From the NCBI GenBank assembly GCA_002269645.1, contig NIVC01002467.1, positions 1 to 64,000 on the forward strand: 64,000 bases of DNA, written 5' to 3'. The notes under the pieces were generated by a model, which saw only the letters and a program-made list of their open reading frames with translations, was not told where the DNA came from and ran no database searches. Of the stretch, positions 12,080 through 24,219 are shown one piece after another. Numbering within the stretch: the stretch's first letter is position 1; the number at the start of each line of letters is the position of its first letter. Source of the DNA: Macrostomum lignano (lineage: Eukaryota). Made by a program: the position numbers and the translations under genes.

Positions 12080-13829
12080 TTTTTCTTATCAAGCTTCAGT
12101 AATGGGCAAACCTCAACTGCCGGACATTCTCAGCTAGTCTCTCGAGCCTTCAGTCATCACCCCGACGCCGTCGGCACCTTCAACAGGTGGCACCAGGTGA
12201 CTACGGACATCCTGTTGCAAATATGTCAGGTTTTTCTTATCAAGCTTCAGTAATGGGCAAACCTCAACTGCTGGACATCCTCAGCTAGTCAGTCAAGCAT
12301 TCAGCCATCACACCGACGCCGTCGGCACCTTCAACAGGTGGCACCAGGTGACTACGGACATCCTGTTGCAAATATGTCAGATTTTTCTTATCAAGCTTCA
12401 ATAATGGGCAAACCTCAACTGCCGGACATTCTCAGCTAGTCTCTCGAGCCTTCAGTCATCACCCCGACGCCGTCGGCATCTTCAACAGGTGGCACCAGGT
12501 GAGTAAGGACACCTGAGCGTGATTTTTCATCATGCGCTTGACATTTCTGAAGCTCTCAAAATTTTTTAAGCACGGACATTGCTATATTTAGGCTTGAACT
12601 CATGTTGCTGTATATTTATATTATTATTACACATACTTTTATACACACCGAAAAAAACCGATTGAATTTACTGGCACGCAAAAAAAATTTTGGTTTTTTC
12701 ATTTTTTAAAAGCGTAACCCTTTCTGCATAAAAATTGGGTTCAATATTATAGTTGAATAAACTAAACAGCTTGTCAAATAAAATATGTATGTAGCTTGTA
12801 TGTATAAAAGTATGTGTAATATTAATAATAAAAATATACAGCAACATGAGTTAAAGCTTAAATATAGCAATGTCCGATTCGACGGCGTCGGGATGATGAC
12901 GGAATGCTTGAAAGACTAGCTGAGAATGTCTGACGGTTGATTCTTGCCCACTGTCGAGGCTTGATCGACGAAACTAGAGAAATCCGCATCAGGGTGTCCA
13001 TAGTCACCCGGTGCCACAGCTGTTGAGGGTCCAGAAGCTCCACCTGGGTGAAGGCTAGTGACCAACGAAGTCAGAACTGATGCAGACACATGTGGTCGAC
13101 GTGCTGATGAAATTTGGAGACTTGGCAAGGCTGCACTGAGGCGCAGTGCTGATTGGCGCACAGGGGTGTACTGAATACACTAGCGCTTATGGGAAAAATC
13201 CGACCTTCTGGCAGAATCGTCGAATATCTCGACGGTCCGGAGGGCTGGCGACTTGATTCTTGTTTGAGAAGGTGCGCAACAAAAAGTTAGCCCGTGTTCT
13301 TGAATTTCGTGTGCCTGCGTTGCTCCGTTCCGGCGCAGCAAAAAAAATTGTCAGGGGGGGGGGGGGGGAAATTTCCCCCCTCCTTGGTAGTTCGAGGGGC
13401 GGAAAAATGGCTTGGTATTCCTACTGTAGGACCCCTCTGCTAAAAATCCTTCAGTATGATCCCGGAGTTCCCGATTTGTGCCCAAACAGAGTCCCATTAT
13501 TTGGCTGCATGCTGCTTCCCGCTAGCTCAAACCCTTGATACCCATCCTAGGCGGGGCTCTGGCCTCGCCAGGTCTAGTCATACCGTAGATCCAGGTTCGC
13601 CAGGTCACAGAGTGGTGGCAGCCAGTGGGTCATGCAATAACCCGATGATCAATATTTGCACCTTAGCTATCGATGGGGCACATATGAGTCCTTACCCCTG
13701 GTCTCTAATATAGCACTACCAAAAGCTATCAATAATGGGCGGGACAACTTGAAGGCGATCTGTCGGTCATAGCCTGATCATAGACTGCTGGCAGCCCATC
13801 CCTATAGTCATACCATCTGATCCTTCCCC

Positions 13830-14602
13830 ATGAGAAGACAGCTCACTAGGGCGATTACATCATCATCCGTTCGACACTTCATCAGGAGTTCTGCAGGGCG
13901 ACACTTTGGCGCCGTTTCTCTTCGTGCCGCTGTTGGACTGGGTGCTTTCGGACCGCACTCCCCTCGGCAAATGACGGCTTCCTGCTGCGCAGACGCATCG
14001 GTCGCCGCCACGGCGAAAAGCGCCTTATAGCGTGCTTGGCTACGCCGACGACCTCGCCCTCCTGTCCTCGTCCGTTGAAGGCGCCCAGCGCCAGATCGAC
14101 AGGTTGGTCGAGGTGGCATCGAGCGTCGGACTGGTTGTCAACACGCTGAAGACCGAGGTGCTGACTGTGCCAGCCGACATCCCAGCGGACCTGACAGGCC
14201 GCTTCGCAGACGGGCAGACGACCACGCTCGCACGCTGCCAGGCGGTTCACCTACCTCGGCGGTTTGGTGCCTCACGTGGACGAAGACCTCCGGCGGCGCC
14301 GAGGACTTGCCCGGGCGGCCTTCCGTTCGAGGGCTCGGCTGTGGCAGGCGGTGGTCGAAACCGTCCTGCTCTACAACGCCGAGACGTGGACACTTTACGG
14401 CCACGCTGGAGCGGTAGCTGGACTTGGCGCACTCAGGGCTGCTCCATGCGGCATTTCGAGCTGACGAGAGCGTCGGGACCGAGGCCCTGTTCGATCGGGC
14501 CAAGCTGCAGCGCCCGTCCACCATCCTGCGCCGCCATCTGACGCACCCTGCTCCCTGACTTTGATTGCGGGGCCGCGTATATTGTTGTTGTGTTGTTGTT
14601 AT
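13830..14602 (+). mobile_element. 5'-truncated non-LTR retrotransposon (LINE, RTE-like) reverse transcriptase relic
   Basis: GVLQGDTLAPFLF (~13886), LGYADDLALLS, GLVVNTLKTEV and VETVLLYNAETWTL, with frameshifts; ends in a (TTG)n-like tail at ~14583-14600. Confidence 0.9.
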
Positions 14603-15176
14603 GAGCTACTTGATAAATTTTTATTCATTTAAGTAAAACAATTAGTTAAAACAAGTTATACTTTATAGTCCCCAAGTACGAAGTAAAATTGTTTTTGTAG
14701 TCTCAAGAGTAACTAAATACAAAAGCAAAGTTCATCTACGCATATTCAAATATTTAGTTCCATCATTATAGAGTGACAGTTTGGCTCAGCAAAAGACTGC
14801 AAGGCATGACTCTTATGCTTAATATTTTATTCTTATGAGTTATGTTTTCAAAGAAAGCGATAAATAAAAAATCTTATTCTTAATTGATTAGAAAAGTTTT
14901 ATATTGCAAAGACGTGTGTAAGAAAACTTTATTTGCCCTAGTGTCTTTTCAAAGGATTTCGAAAGGAATTCGAACTTTTGAATAATTCATATTCGTGCAT
15001 AAGTTTCATATGCGGCCAAAGAGGCTGTTGATGGGGCCAAAGTAGGTGGCTGTTGGAGAACTGCTAGAATTGAGATCAGAGGCGCCAAACCTGCTTTGAA
15101 GGGCCGCCAAGTCAGCGGGAAATCAGCCATTATTTTTGACAGCCTTTTTGGAGAGCCGGGTCCCTTTGCCCCCCTC

Positions 15177-15191
15177 CCTGGCCACGCCCTG
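15177..15191. mobile_element. Orphan hAT-like right terminal inverted repeat (CCTGGCCACGCCCTG)
   Basis: Resembles the CAGGG(G)CGT(A/G)GCCAG terminus class seen at 59540; no partner TIR found nearby. Confidence 0.35.
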
Positions 15192-15899
15192 ATCATTTAA
15201 TCCTCAGATTAGTAAGAAAAACATTAACTAAGTATACCCCGTTTCAAAACTTGTTTGCGATATCATTTTCAGCTTTGAATATTATTTTCATAACTGTAAG
15301 CACTGGAAAAGCGCTTAAAAGAGGTTTCCGGGCCAAGCCAGCAGCCTGCGAACGCGTGACAGAAGACTCGCGGCAAAATGCTTTAAGGGGCGGTGGGTAG
15401 ATGGTTGCCTTAACAACAGCACAGAGAGAAACTGCCTGAGCTACTATTCATTTTTTTGCATTGCGTCTATACATTCTCGTTGACTAGATCAAATACCCTG
15501 CTTTGAATAATATTCGGTACTGCGAATTCTAAGATGCGAGCTTCGCACTCATAATAGGGCCTTTAGAAGCCAGTGTGTTTGAAAGTCTTTCTTTGAAAGT
15601 CTTTGCAAGCAGAAGATAACAGGAAAATCAAACCCTAGTACTTGCACATGCAGATGGCACTCTACAGACGTGTTGCTAAAAAATGGCTCTGGGGTTCGCC
15701 TTGCGTACATGGGGTGAGAGCGGCTGGCACAATCAGGCAGTCCCATATATTGTGGGTTTGCGCCTTGTCTCCAGCCTGCTGGCTGACGCTGGCAACCCGG
15801 ATTCGGTCGGCGGCGTGGCCTTCCTTTGCGACTTGTGCCGCTACCGTCAAAGGACTCTGTCAGCGTATCTTGTTGTTGTTTCCTTGCGATGCCGAGGAA

Positions 15900-16110
15900 A
15901 TTTGGGAAATGTAGAATTTGGAATTTTGAAATCTGGAAAATGTAAAATCTGGGGAATGTGAAATCTGGGGAACGTGAAATCTGGGAAATTTAAAATCTGG
16001 AAAATGTAAAATCTGGGGAACGTGAAATCTGGGGAACGTGAAATCTGGGAAATGTGAAATCTCAGGAATGTGAGACCTGAGAAATAATGTAAAATCTGTG
16101 AAATTTGAAA
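15900..16110. repeat. Minisatellite, ~16 bp (CGTGAAATCTGGGGAA-like)
   Basis: Degenerate tandem copies. Confidence 0.85.
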
Positions 16111-16644
16111 CATAACCTAAAATTCTAGCGAAAGATGTCTGCCAGTCAGAGCGACAAAATGAGTGCGATGGAATTTATGCTGTTTGTGCACTAACATTAC
16201 ACTTAGCTTGCAGTTGTTGAACTAAACTAAGATAGTGGTTGATATATTAACTTTTAATTCCTTGCCTTAGACATTCAGCTAGACCCAATGTTCCATGCTT
16301 GTAGATAAGTGCTTTGAGGTGAACTAAATGTAGTCTATTAATTACGAGCTATTTCACAACTTGTCGAAATAACTATAAAAAATTCAATTCTTGGAAAAAA
16401 ACTGAAGTTCTCTTTTTTGTACAGCACAGCGTGCATCCTCTGCTTCTCTTCCCTGACTGACATGCTACTACAGTAGGTATCTTACTGCCGTTACTGGGCG
16501 ACAACGAAGTGCGCACGCATAGACTCCCACTCCTATGTTACGCTGCTTCCCGAGTTCTTGAAGATGTTCCTAGAAATAGAACTCGCTGCTCCGGAAGTAG
16601 CTAGATAGCACCGTTGTACTACCTATCGATTTGCCTGAAATACT

Positions 16645-16852
16645 GATTGGGTGTCATACTGATTGGGGTGTCATACTGATTGGGGTGTCATACTGATTAG
16701 GGTGTCATACTGATTGGGGTGTCACTGATTGGGGTGTCATACTGATTGGGTCATCATACTGATTGGGGGTGTCATACTGATTGGGTCATCATACTGATTG
16801 GGGTGTCATACTGATTGGGTCATCATACTGATTGGGGGTGTCACTTATTGGG
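16645..16852. repeat. Minisatellite, 17 bp (ATACTGATTGGGGTGTC)
   Basis: About 12 tandem copies. Confidence 0.9.
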
Positions 16853-17206
16853 TCGCCGTCCTTTGTCGGGTTGTCCTCTCCGAGCTGTTCTTCTAGAGTG
16901 AGGGCTTCGAGGATTGCGAGGTTGACACTGTAAAGTTAAACATGTATTTGAATGATTGAATGCATTTATGGACTTAGAATCTAATTTGATCCTTGAAATA
17001 AGCCAAAGAACAATTTCCCCAAAATTTCGATGTCATTTCTTTCATTTCTAAAATATCTTAACTACTCACCGCAGTGCCACAAAACTAAGTATTTAACATT
17101 TTTGCCTATCTAACCTAAGATCATAAATAGGGTGCGTCTGCAATAACTTTCAACTCTAAATTTACCACAGCAAATCTACTTTCCCGCCCATTCTTATCCA
17201 CAGAGC

Positions 17207-19185
17207 TCTGGCAGGCAACCGGTACTGCTATCCGCGCAGCAACACCAATGAGTTCCAGCTCAGTCTAAAACTTGAGTTCATTGAAGATCGAATCATTCCT
17301 AAAACAGATGGAGATCCTGTGCCTGAATGAATGAAATGGAAGATTCTGAATGACCATCTTGACAATGCCGTTGTGGTTCTGACTGGCTTTGACACGGAGG
17401 CGCACCTAAGCCAGCAGAGGTGGACACGATCTGTGGATTCAGCTGCACAGGATCAACTGATGCGATACGAACTGCACTCGAAGGCTTCGGACTGTAAGCA
17501 GCGCTCTGAGCACAATTAAACTTATTATACATGTAATATTGGTTTCGACCTCCAGTTCTAACCATTACTGTGAACAAGCAGTCAGTGGCTGTTGACCCAT
17601 GCTGCTGACTGCTAGCAGGTACTCTATAAAACCGGTCAAATGCTTTCATTCTTAATGTGTCAATACGAATCCCAATGCATTTCCAGCGACCTGCTCGTCG
17701 CCTTCAACAGGCGAGCCAAAGCCCGTGGAGCTGGAGATGCTGCGCGTGCTGCAACTGACGAAAGGGTACGATAGAGCTGGCCCGATGCTGGACACCATTT
17801 TTTAAATCCATACCTTAATTGAAACCAATCTCTGTACATCAAACTGTAGGAGCTACCTGACTGTCTCATTCCGGCTGAATCGGAGAAGCTCAGCAAATAT
17901 CCCGGGTCTACAAATTCGCCTGATGGAGCCGGGATTCTGCGGCAGAAGCATGACTAATTTTGAGAGCAACTGCTACACCACTGGATCGGTTCGTCGGAAC
18001 CTGACTGCTGAGCTGACTGCGATGAGCGCTGACAGCGGAGTCATGAGGCTCGCCAGCTTCAGCAGCTTGGAGGCTCTGCAGAACTTTGTCACAGAGAGTA
18101 AGTTGGAGTGAAGAGGTGGCTTTTAAAAATAGTTTACTTATTACTATTAAATTGTAGTAAATTGATTAGCTATTACATTTGATGGCTCCTTTGACGGCAG
18201 TGTGTATGAGCGTTTCCCTGAGAAATCCCCTGAGGTATTTCTACTGTTAAATGTTAGAACTTATGCATTGACTAAACTTAAAGTCTATAACTATCTTTTC
18301 GAGTACAGTAAAATTTCGCGTCAAGAATGCTTATAAACTTAGTTCTTGTTCTATTAATAGTTCTTGTCCTCTACTGAACATCGCTGTTTACTTTGGATTG
18401 TAGGCAGCAGAGCTTAACTTTTGCACAATTTCACTCCACTTGAACACCGGCTTCAGGCCAGCGAACTCGCGTCGGCTCCGGCCTGAGCACCCGCATAAAG
18501 GAGCCGCTGAGTCTCGCACAGAGGCTTCGCATCGGACTGTTCTATGAGCACAGGACCAAGAAGGTCTTCTACCTGAACTGCGGGGCAGAAGAGTGCAAAA
18601 TGGCTGAGTTCCAGGATGCTGATAAGCTGTGAGTTTCTTAACTAGAGAGCATAGCCGTTTATCTGCTGTCAGAACAATGGGCTCGCTAATTAAATCAAAT
18701 TTCACAACTCCTGACACTTGAATTCCAGGTACCATGTAGTCGAGACTATGAACTCCTCAGTCTCCTGTGGTTCGCTCAGAGCTGTCAATCTTACCATTAA
18801 TGGTGAGGTAATCGGACTGGTGAGCTTTACGGACTGCAGTGAGCAGCTTCCGGCTCTGATCAGCTTCCCGGATGCGGCCAGAAACAGATGCGGAGACTCG
18901 AGCCAACCTGTGCTCAACTGGATGCTTGCGGCTGCCCAGTCGGCTGCGGAAGAAGAGCAAACAAGTGCCAGTCCTAAAAAGATGAATGTGCTGAGCATGC
19001 TTCTCCTTGGAGCTTTTACTACGACTCTGTTAGTACTTATCTTTATTATGACGCTACTTTTTATGAGACGACGGCAATACCTTCAATATAAAGCAGGAAC
19101 TCCGCCAAAGACGGTCCCAAGCCCGGTTGAAAAAGGAGGGTTTGAGAAGGTCTGCCAATCCGACTCTAAAATATCTCCGGTGTAA
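17207..19185 (+). pseudogene. Single-pass membrane protein gene; intact C-terminal exons (~17806-18097, 18457-18628, 18729-19185), upstream part disrupted by stops and frameshifts
   Basis: Phase-matched introns GAG A|GTAAG...CTTCAG|GC (18098-18456) and AAG CT|GTGAGT...TTCCAG|G (18629-18728) join three open frames. TM helix VLSMLLLGAFTTTLLVLIFIMTLLFM is followed by RRR and a short tail. In-frame stops at 17803, 17653 and 17593 upstream. Family not recognised. Confidence 0.6.
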
Positions 19186-20661
19186 CGGGTGATGCGTCTT
19201 AGACGTCATGTGAACAGAGTGACGCAACACCCAGCACCGTTCCCTGGCAACCTGACCAAGGGTACAACACACACATAAAAACAGCTTGAAAGACTTTCAG
19301 CTCTAACTTTGCCCCGCTAATTATGTTTGCTTGATCAGCCAATAGCAGAGCTAACAACAGAGACAGAATTATCCATAACAATTGAGTCTGATAGCTCGAA
19401 ATCAAGTTTCACTTCCGCGTCGGAAGATCCAACAAAAACCATATTTTGGGTTGTTGCTGCTGCTGTTAACTTGCGAACTAAAAGTAAAATCTTTTAATTG
19501 CCTCCTGAGCGGCAAAAAGAAATTGCCAATGAAGAGATTTAATGCAGCCCACTGATCGAGAAACATGCTCCTATATACCAGTCTACTACAGTGTAAATAT
19601 ACCATTCTGTTGCAGAAAAATCACATTGCTTTAGAAATAAGGAACTCGCTGCGAATATCGGGAATTGTAATGTTTATTTTATACTGTAAACTTTCTGTAA
19701 ATTTCATTATTTGGCATTCATTTTGCTTCCCAAAGTTGCTCCCTAAAGCACATTTTACCTATGCTTCGTCGCGTTTATTATCCATCCACCCCTGTTTATC
19801 TATTCACTACCGTGAACTGAGTGTAAAATCATGGTAGACTGTTTATAATGCCTTTTACCTGAGTTAAAAAGTGGCTAAAAAACGAGCTGATTGAGAGTGA
19901 GTGTTTCCCGCCAATCTACTCGGTAGCCATGTATCCTCAACATTTTGCAAAATTTTATGTTTGTAATGAAAGTGTAACTAAGGACCACTGTACTACAGTC
20001 CTTAGGTGTAAATTTACGAGCGTGAAAAATTGATTAACAAAATTGATTAACCTGTCGCTTGAAGAATCCAGCAGAAATGCAGTAATTCAAGACTTGGGCA
20101 ATCTGATATCTCAGTTATTGGTGATTGTGGTAGTCGGAAAGCTGCTTTCAAGAATAATCTTAATGAGTATAGGCAATCGAAAAACTGCCTGTACGAGCTA
20201 AGTATTAATCCCTGAGTTAAATAAGAAGAAAGAAAATTAGGAGGAAGAAGAATTGATTGTAATGTCCGAATGCGTTTACCTAATTCGGAATATCATAACC
20301 GAGTGCATTTACAATATCGTAATTGTCCTATTGTTTATTGTTAATTGCATTCTTCTAAGGGTAGCTTATAATGGCGATTTCAGGAAAGCTGTGGACCCAG
20401 GAGAAACGCTTTCGTCGACATCGTCCCGCAACGAGCGGCTCCCATAGAATCAGACAAATGGGTGCATTGCACCGACGAATAACGACGTTGGCTGAACGTC
20501 GCTGCATTGTAAAAGTACCTGCATTTGTCTGCGGCGTCCTATGTGTCGGATTTCTGTACGGGATTATTAGAATGATGCAAATTTAACCTTTTTAACCTTT
20601 AGAATAAGTATTAAATCTAGTTTTAGTTCATGTTCGGGCTTCATTTCTTTGTACAAGTGTC

Positions 20662-22058
20662 TTTAGCACCAAGGGGCTTTAGCACCAAGGGGCTTTAGCA
20701 CCAAGGGGCTTTAGCACCAAGGGGCTTTAGCACCAAGGGGCTTTAGCACCAAGGGGCTTTAGCACCAAGGGGCTTTAGCACCAAGGGGCTTTAGCACCAA
20801 GGGGCTTTAGCACCAAGGGGCTTTAGCACCAAGGGGCTTTAGCACCAAGGGGCTTTAGCACCAAGGGGCTTTAGCACCAAGGGGCTTTAGCACCAAGGGG
20901 CTTTAGCACCAAGGGGCTTTAGCACCAAGGGGCTTTAGCACCAAGGGGCTTTAGCACCAAGGGGCTTTAGCACCAAGGGGCTTTAGCACCAAGGGGCTTT
21001 AGCACCAAGGGGCTTTAGCACCAAGGGGCGCCAGCACCAAGGGGCGCCAGCACCAAGGGGCGCCAGCACCAAGGGGCTTTAGCACCAAGGGGCTTTAGCA
21101 CCAAGGGGCGCCAGCACCAAGGGGCGCCAGCACCAAGGGGCGCCAGCACCAAGGGGCTTTAGCACCAAGGGGCTTTAGCACCAAGGGGCTTTAGCACCAA
21201 GGGGCTTTAGCACCAAGGGGCTTTAGCACCAAGGGGCTTTAGCACCAAGGGGCTTTAGCACCAAGGGGCTTTAGCACCAAGGGGCTTTAGCACCAAGGGG
21301 CTTTAGCACCAAGGGGCTTTAGCACCAAGGGGCTTTAGCACCAAGGGGCTTTAGCACCAAGGGGCTTTAGCACCAAGGGGCTTTAGCACCAAGGGGCTTT
21401 AGCACCAAGGGGCTTTAGCACCAAGGGGCTTTAGCACCAAGGGGCTTTAGCACCAAGGGGCTTTAGCACCAAGGGGCTTTAGCACCAAGGGGCTTTAGCA
21501 CCAAGGGGCTTTAGCACCAAGGGGCTTTAGCACCAAGGGGCTTTAGCACCAAGGGGCTTTAGCACCAAGGGGCTTTAGCACCAAGGGGCTTTAGCACCAA
21601 GGGGCTTTAGCACCAAGGGGCTTTAGCACCAAGGGGCTTTAGCACCAAGGGGCTTTAGCACCAAGGGGCTTTAGCACCAAGGGGCTTTAGCACCAAGGGG
21701 CTTTAGCACCAAGGGGCTTTAGCACCAAGGGGCTTTAGCACCAAGGGGCTTTAGCACCAAGGGGCTTTAGCACCAAGGGGCTTTAGCACCAAGGGGCTTT
21801 AGCACCAAGGGGCTTTAGCACCAAGGGGCTTTAGCACCAAGGGGCTTTAGCACCAAGGGGCTTTAGCACCAAGGGGCTTTAGCACCAAGGGGCTTTAGCA
21901 CCAAGGGGCTTTAGCACCAAGGGGCGCCAGCACCAAGGGGCTTTAGCACCAAGGGGCGCCAGCACCAAGGGGCGCCAGCACCAAGGGGCGCCAGCACCAA
22001 GGGGCGCCAGCACCAAGGGGCGCCAGCACCAAGGGGCGCCAGCACCAAGGGGCGCCAG
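20662..22058. repeat. Satellite, 16 bp unit (CTTTAGCACCAAGGGG; variant CGCCAGCACCAAGGGG)
   Basis: About 87 nearly perfect copies; variant blocks at ~21029-21150 and ~21925-22058. Confidence 0.97.
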
Positions 22059-22452
22059 CTCTCTACACGAACTGTAGAAGCTACCTGACGGTCTCATTCC
22101 GGTTGAATCGGAGAAGCTCTGCAAATATCCTTGGTCTACAAGTTTGCCTGATGGAGCCGGGATTCTGCGGCAGAAGCATGACTAATTTTGTGAGCATCTG
22201 CTACACCAGGCAAGATCTGCCATAAAATGTCACATTGCTACTCTCATGCGCTAATCTTACTCGCAGTAGTAAGCACTAGAGTCAATAATAAATATCATTG
22301 TATAGCGATAATTGTATAGCCTGAGCACCCGCAGCAAGGAGCCGCTGAGTCTCGCACAAAGGCTTCGCATCGGACTGTTCTATGAGCACAGGACCAAGAA
22401 GGTCAAGAAGGCCAACCTGTGCTCAGCTGGATACTAGCGGCTGCCCAGTCTC
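22058..22452 (+). pseudogene. Patchwork of three exon fragments homologous to the 17207-19185 gene
   Basis: 22058-22207 matches 17830-17980, 22321-22404 matches 18483-18566, and 22411-22450 matches 18902-18941. Confidence 0.85.
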
Positions 22453-22454
22453 GG

Positions 22455-22790
22455 ATTGGTTGGGGAGATGACTCTCTGATTGGTTGGGGAGATGACTCTC
22501 TGATTGGTTGGGGAGATGACTCTCTGATTGGCTGTGGAGGTGACTATCTGATTGGTTGGGGAGATGACTCTCTGATTGGTTGGGGAGATGACTCTCTGAT
22601 TGGTTGGGGAGATGACTCTCTGATTGGTTGGGGAGATGACTCTCTGATTGGTTGGGGAGATGACTCTCTGATTGGTTGGGGAGATGACTCTCTGATTGGT
22701 TGGGGAGATGACTCTCTGATTCGCTGTGGAGGTGACTCTCTGATTGGTTTGGGGGTGACGCTCTGATTGGTTGGGGAGATAACTCTGATT
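22455..22790. repeat. Minisatellite, 24 bp unit (same as 3365-3925)
   Basis: About 14 copies of CTGATTGGTTGGGGAGATGACTCT. Confidence 0.95.
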
Positions 22791-23359
22791 GCTTAGATAG
22801 GTTTTTCTATTTTAGATGACCAGCGCCTTGTCGGTTAAATAATCCAAAGTTACTATGTTCTCAATCAGATCTCAGTGTTTAAACGCAGATAGTTTTTATT
22901 GTTTAGTTTATTAATCTTGTCAGTTTTGTTGTTTTTTATGGAGCGCTAGGATCAACTTTGTTAAACGATAAGTTTTCTTGTTATAAAAGTACTTTGCTTG
23001 TTGAAAACTTCTGCACATTTCTTCGCTATTCCTATTTTGCCGTCGGAACATTCGTCAAATTGAAGCTTCTAAAATCTCCTTCATTTTTCGTTTTGTTTTT
23101 TTACGATTACCCATGCCATACCAACACGTCATTTTTACAACACTGACTTACTAATAGTAGGTAGCATCGATAGATTTTTATCAACGTAATTTATTTGAGG
23201 TTTTTGTCATAATAATAGTAGTAAACTAGCAATCTTCGCCCCCCGTTGGGGGACATCTGTATAGAATCTCTGCTCTCTACAAGTAACAAAAAGATAGCCA
23301 AATAAAGCATTCACAAAGAAAACAGACAAAATACTTAAATGAAGTGCAATGCAAAAAGA

Positions 23360-24125
23360 CAGCAAGCATCCCCCAGATAGCAAGCATCCCCCAGATTGCA
23401 AGCATCCCCCGGATAGCAAGCATCCCCCAGATAGCAAGCATCCCCCAGATAGCAAGCATCCCCCAGATAGCAAGCATCCCCCAGATAGCAAGCATCCCCC
23501 AGATAGCAAGCATCCCCCAGATAGCAAGCATCCCCCAGATAGCAAGCATCCCCCAGATAGCAAGCATCCCCCAGATAGCAAGCATCCCCCAGATAGCAAG
23601 CATCCCCCAGATTGCAAGCATCCCCCGGATAGCAAGCATCCCCCAGATAGCAAGCATCCCCCAGATAGCAAGCATCCCCCAGATAGCAAGCATCCCCCAG
23701 ATAGCAAGCATCCCCCAGATAGCAAGCATCCCCCAGATAGCAAGCATCCCCCAGATAGCAAGCATCCCCCAGATAGCAAGCATCCCCCAGATAGCAAGCA
23801 TCCCCCAGATAGCAAGCATCCCCAGATAGATAGCATCCCCCAAATAGCAAGCATCCCCCAGATAGCAAGCATCCCCAGATAGATAGCATCCCCCAAATAG
23901 CAAGCATCCCCCAGATAGCAAGCATCCCCAAGGTAGCAAGCACCCCCCAGATAGCAAGCATCCCCCAGATAGCAAGCACCCCCAGATAGCAAGGATCCCC
24001 CAGAAAGCAAGCATCCCCAAGATAGCAAGCTTCCCCCAGATAGCAAGCATCCCCCAGATAGCAAGCATCTTCCAGAGAGCAAGCTCCCCCAGATAGATAG
24101 CATCCCCAAATAGCAAGCATCCACC
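23360..24125. repeat. 18-bp satellite (CCCCCAGATAGCAAGCAT) in unit A
   Basis: About 42 copies; shorter or variant arrays at 27535-27720 and 31130-31760. Confidence 0.95.
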
Positions 24126-24219
24126 AGACAATAAGTAGCTAGTGCGACAATTTCCTTAGCATTATAGTGGCTCCTTTAAAATTCGCTTACTTTTACGTTT
24201 GAAATTGTGTATCTTTTAT

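Larger units (their letters stand above)
10164..12500 (+). repeat. 151-bp tandem repeat array interrupted by a Helitron insertion (10510-12079)
   Basis: GTGGCACC(A/G)GGTGA at 10164, 10315, 10466, then 12187, 12338, 12489 (spacing 151). Confidence 0.9.
9795..13393. repeat. Large interrupted inverted repeat (foldback), ~3.6 kb
   Basis: 9795-10300 is near-identical to the reverse complement of 12882-13393 (identical ORFs at 10020+ and 13161-). 12574-12645 is the reverse complement of 12805-12876. Spacer is ~155 bp. Confidence 0.85.

Noticed and set aside
23207-24131. 260-305-aa ORFs with 6-aa repeats
   Set aside because: Artefacts of the 18-bp satellite, open in nearly all frames.
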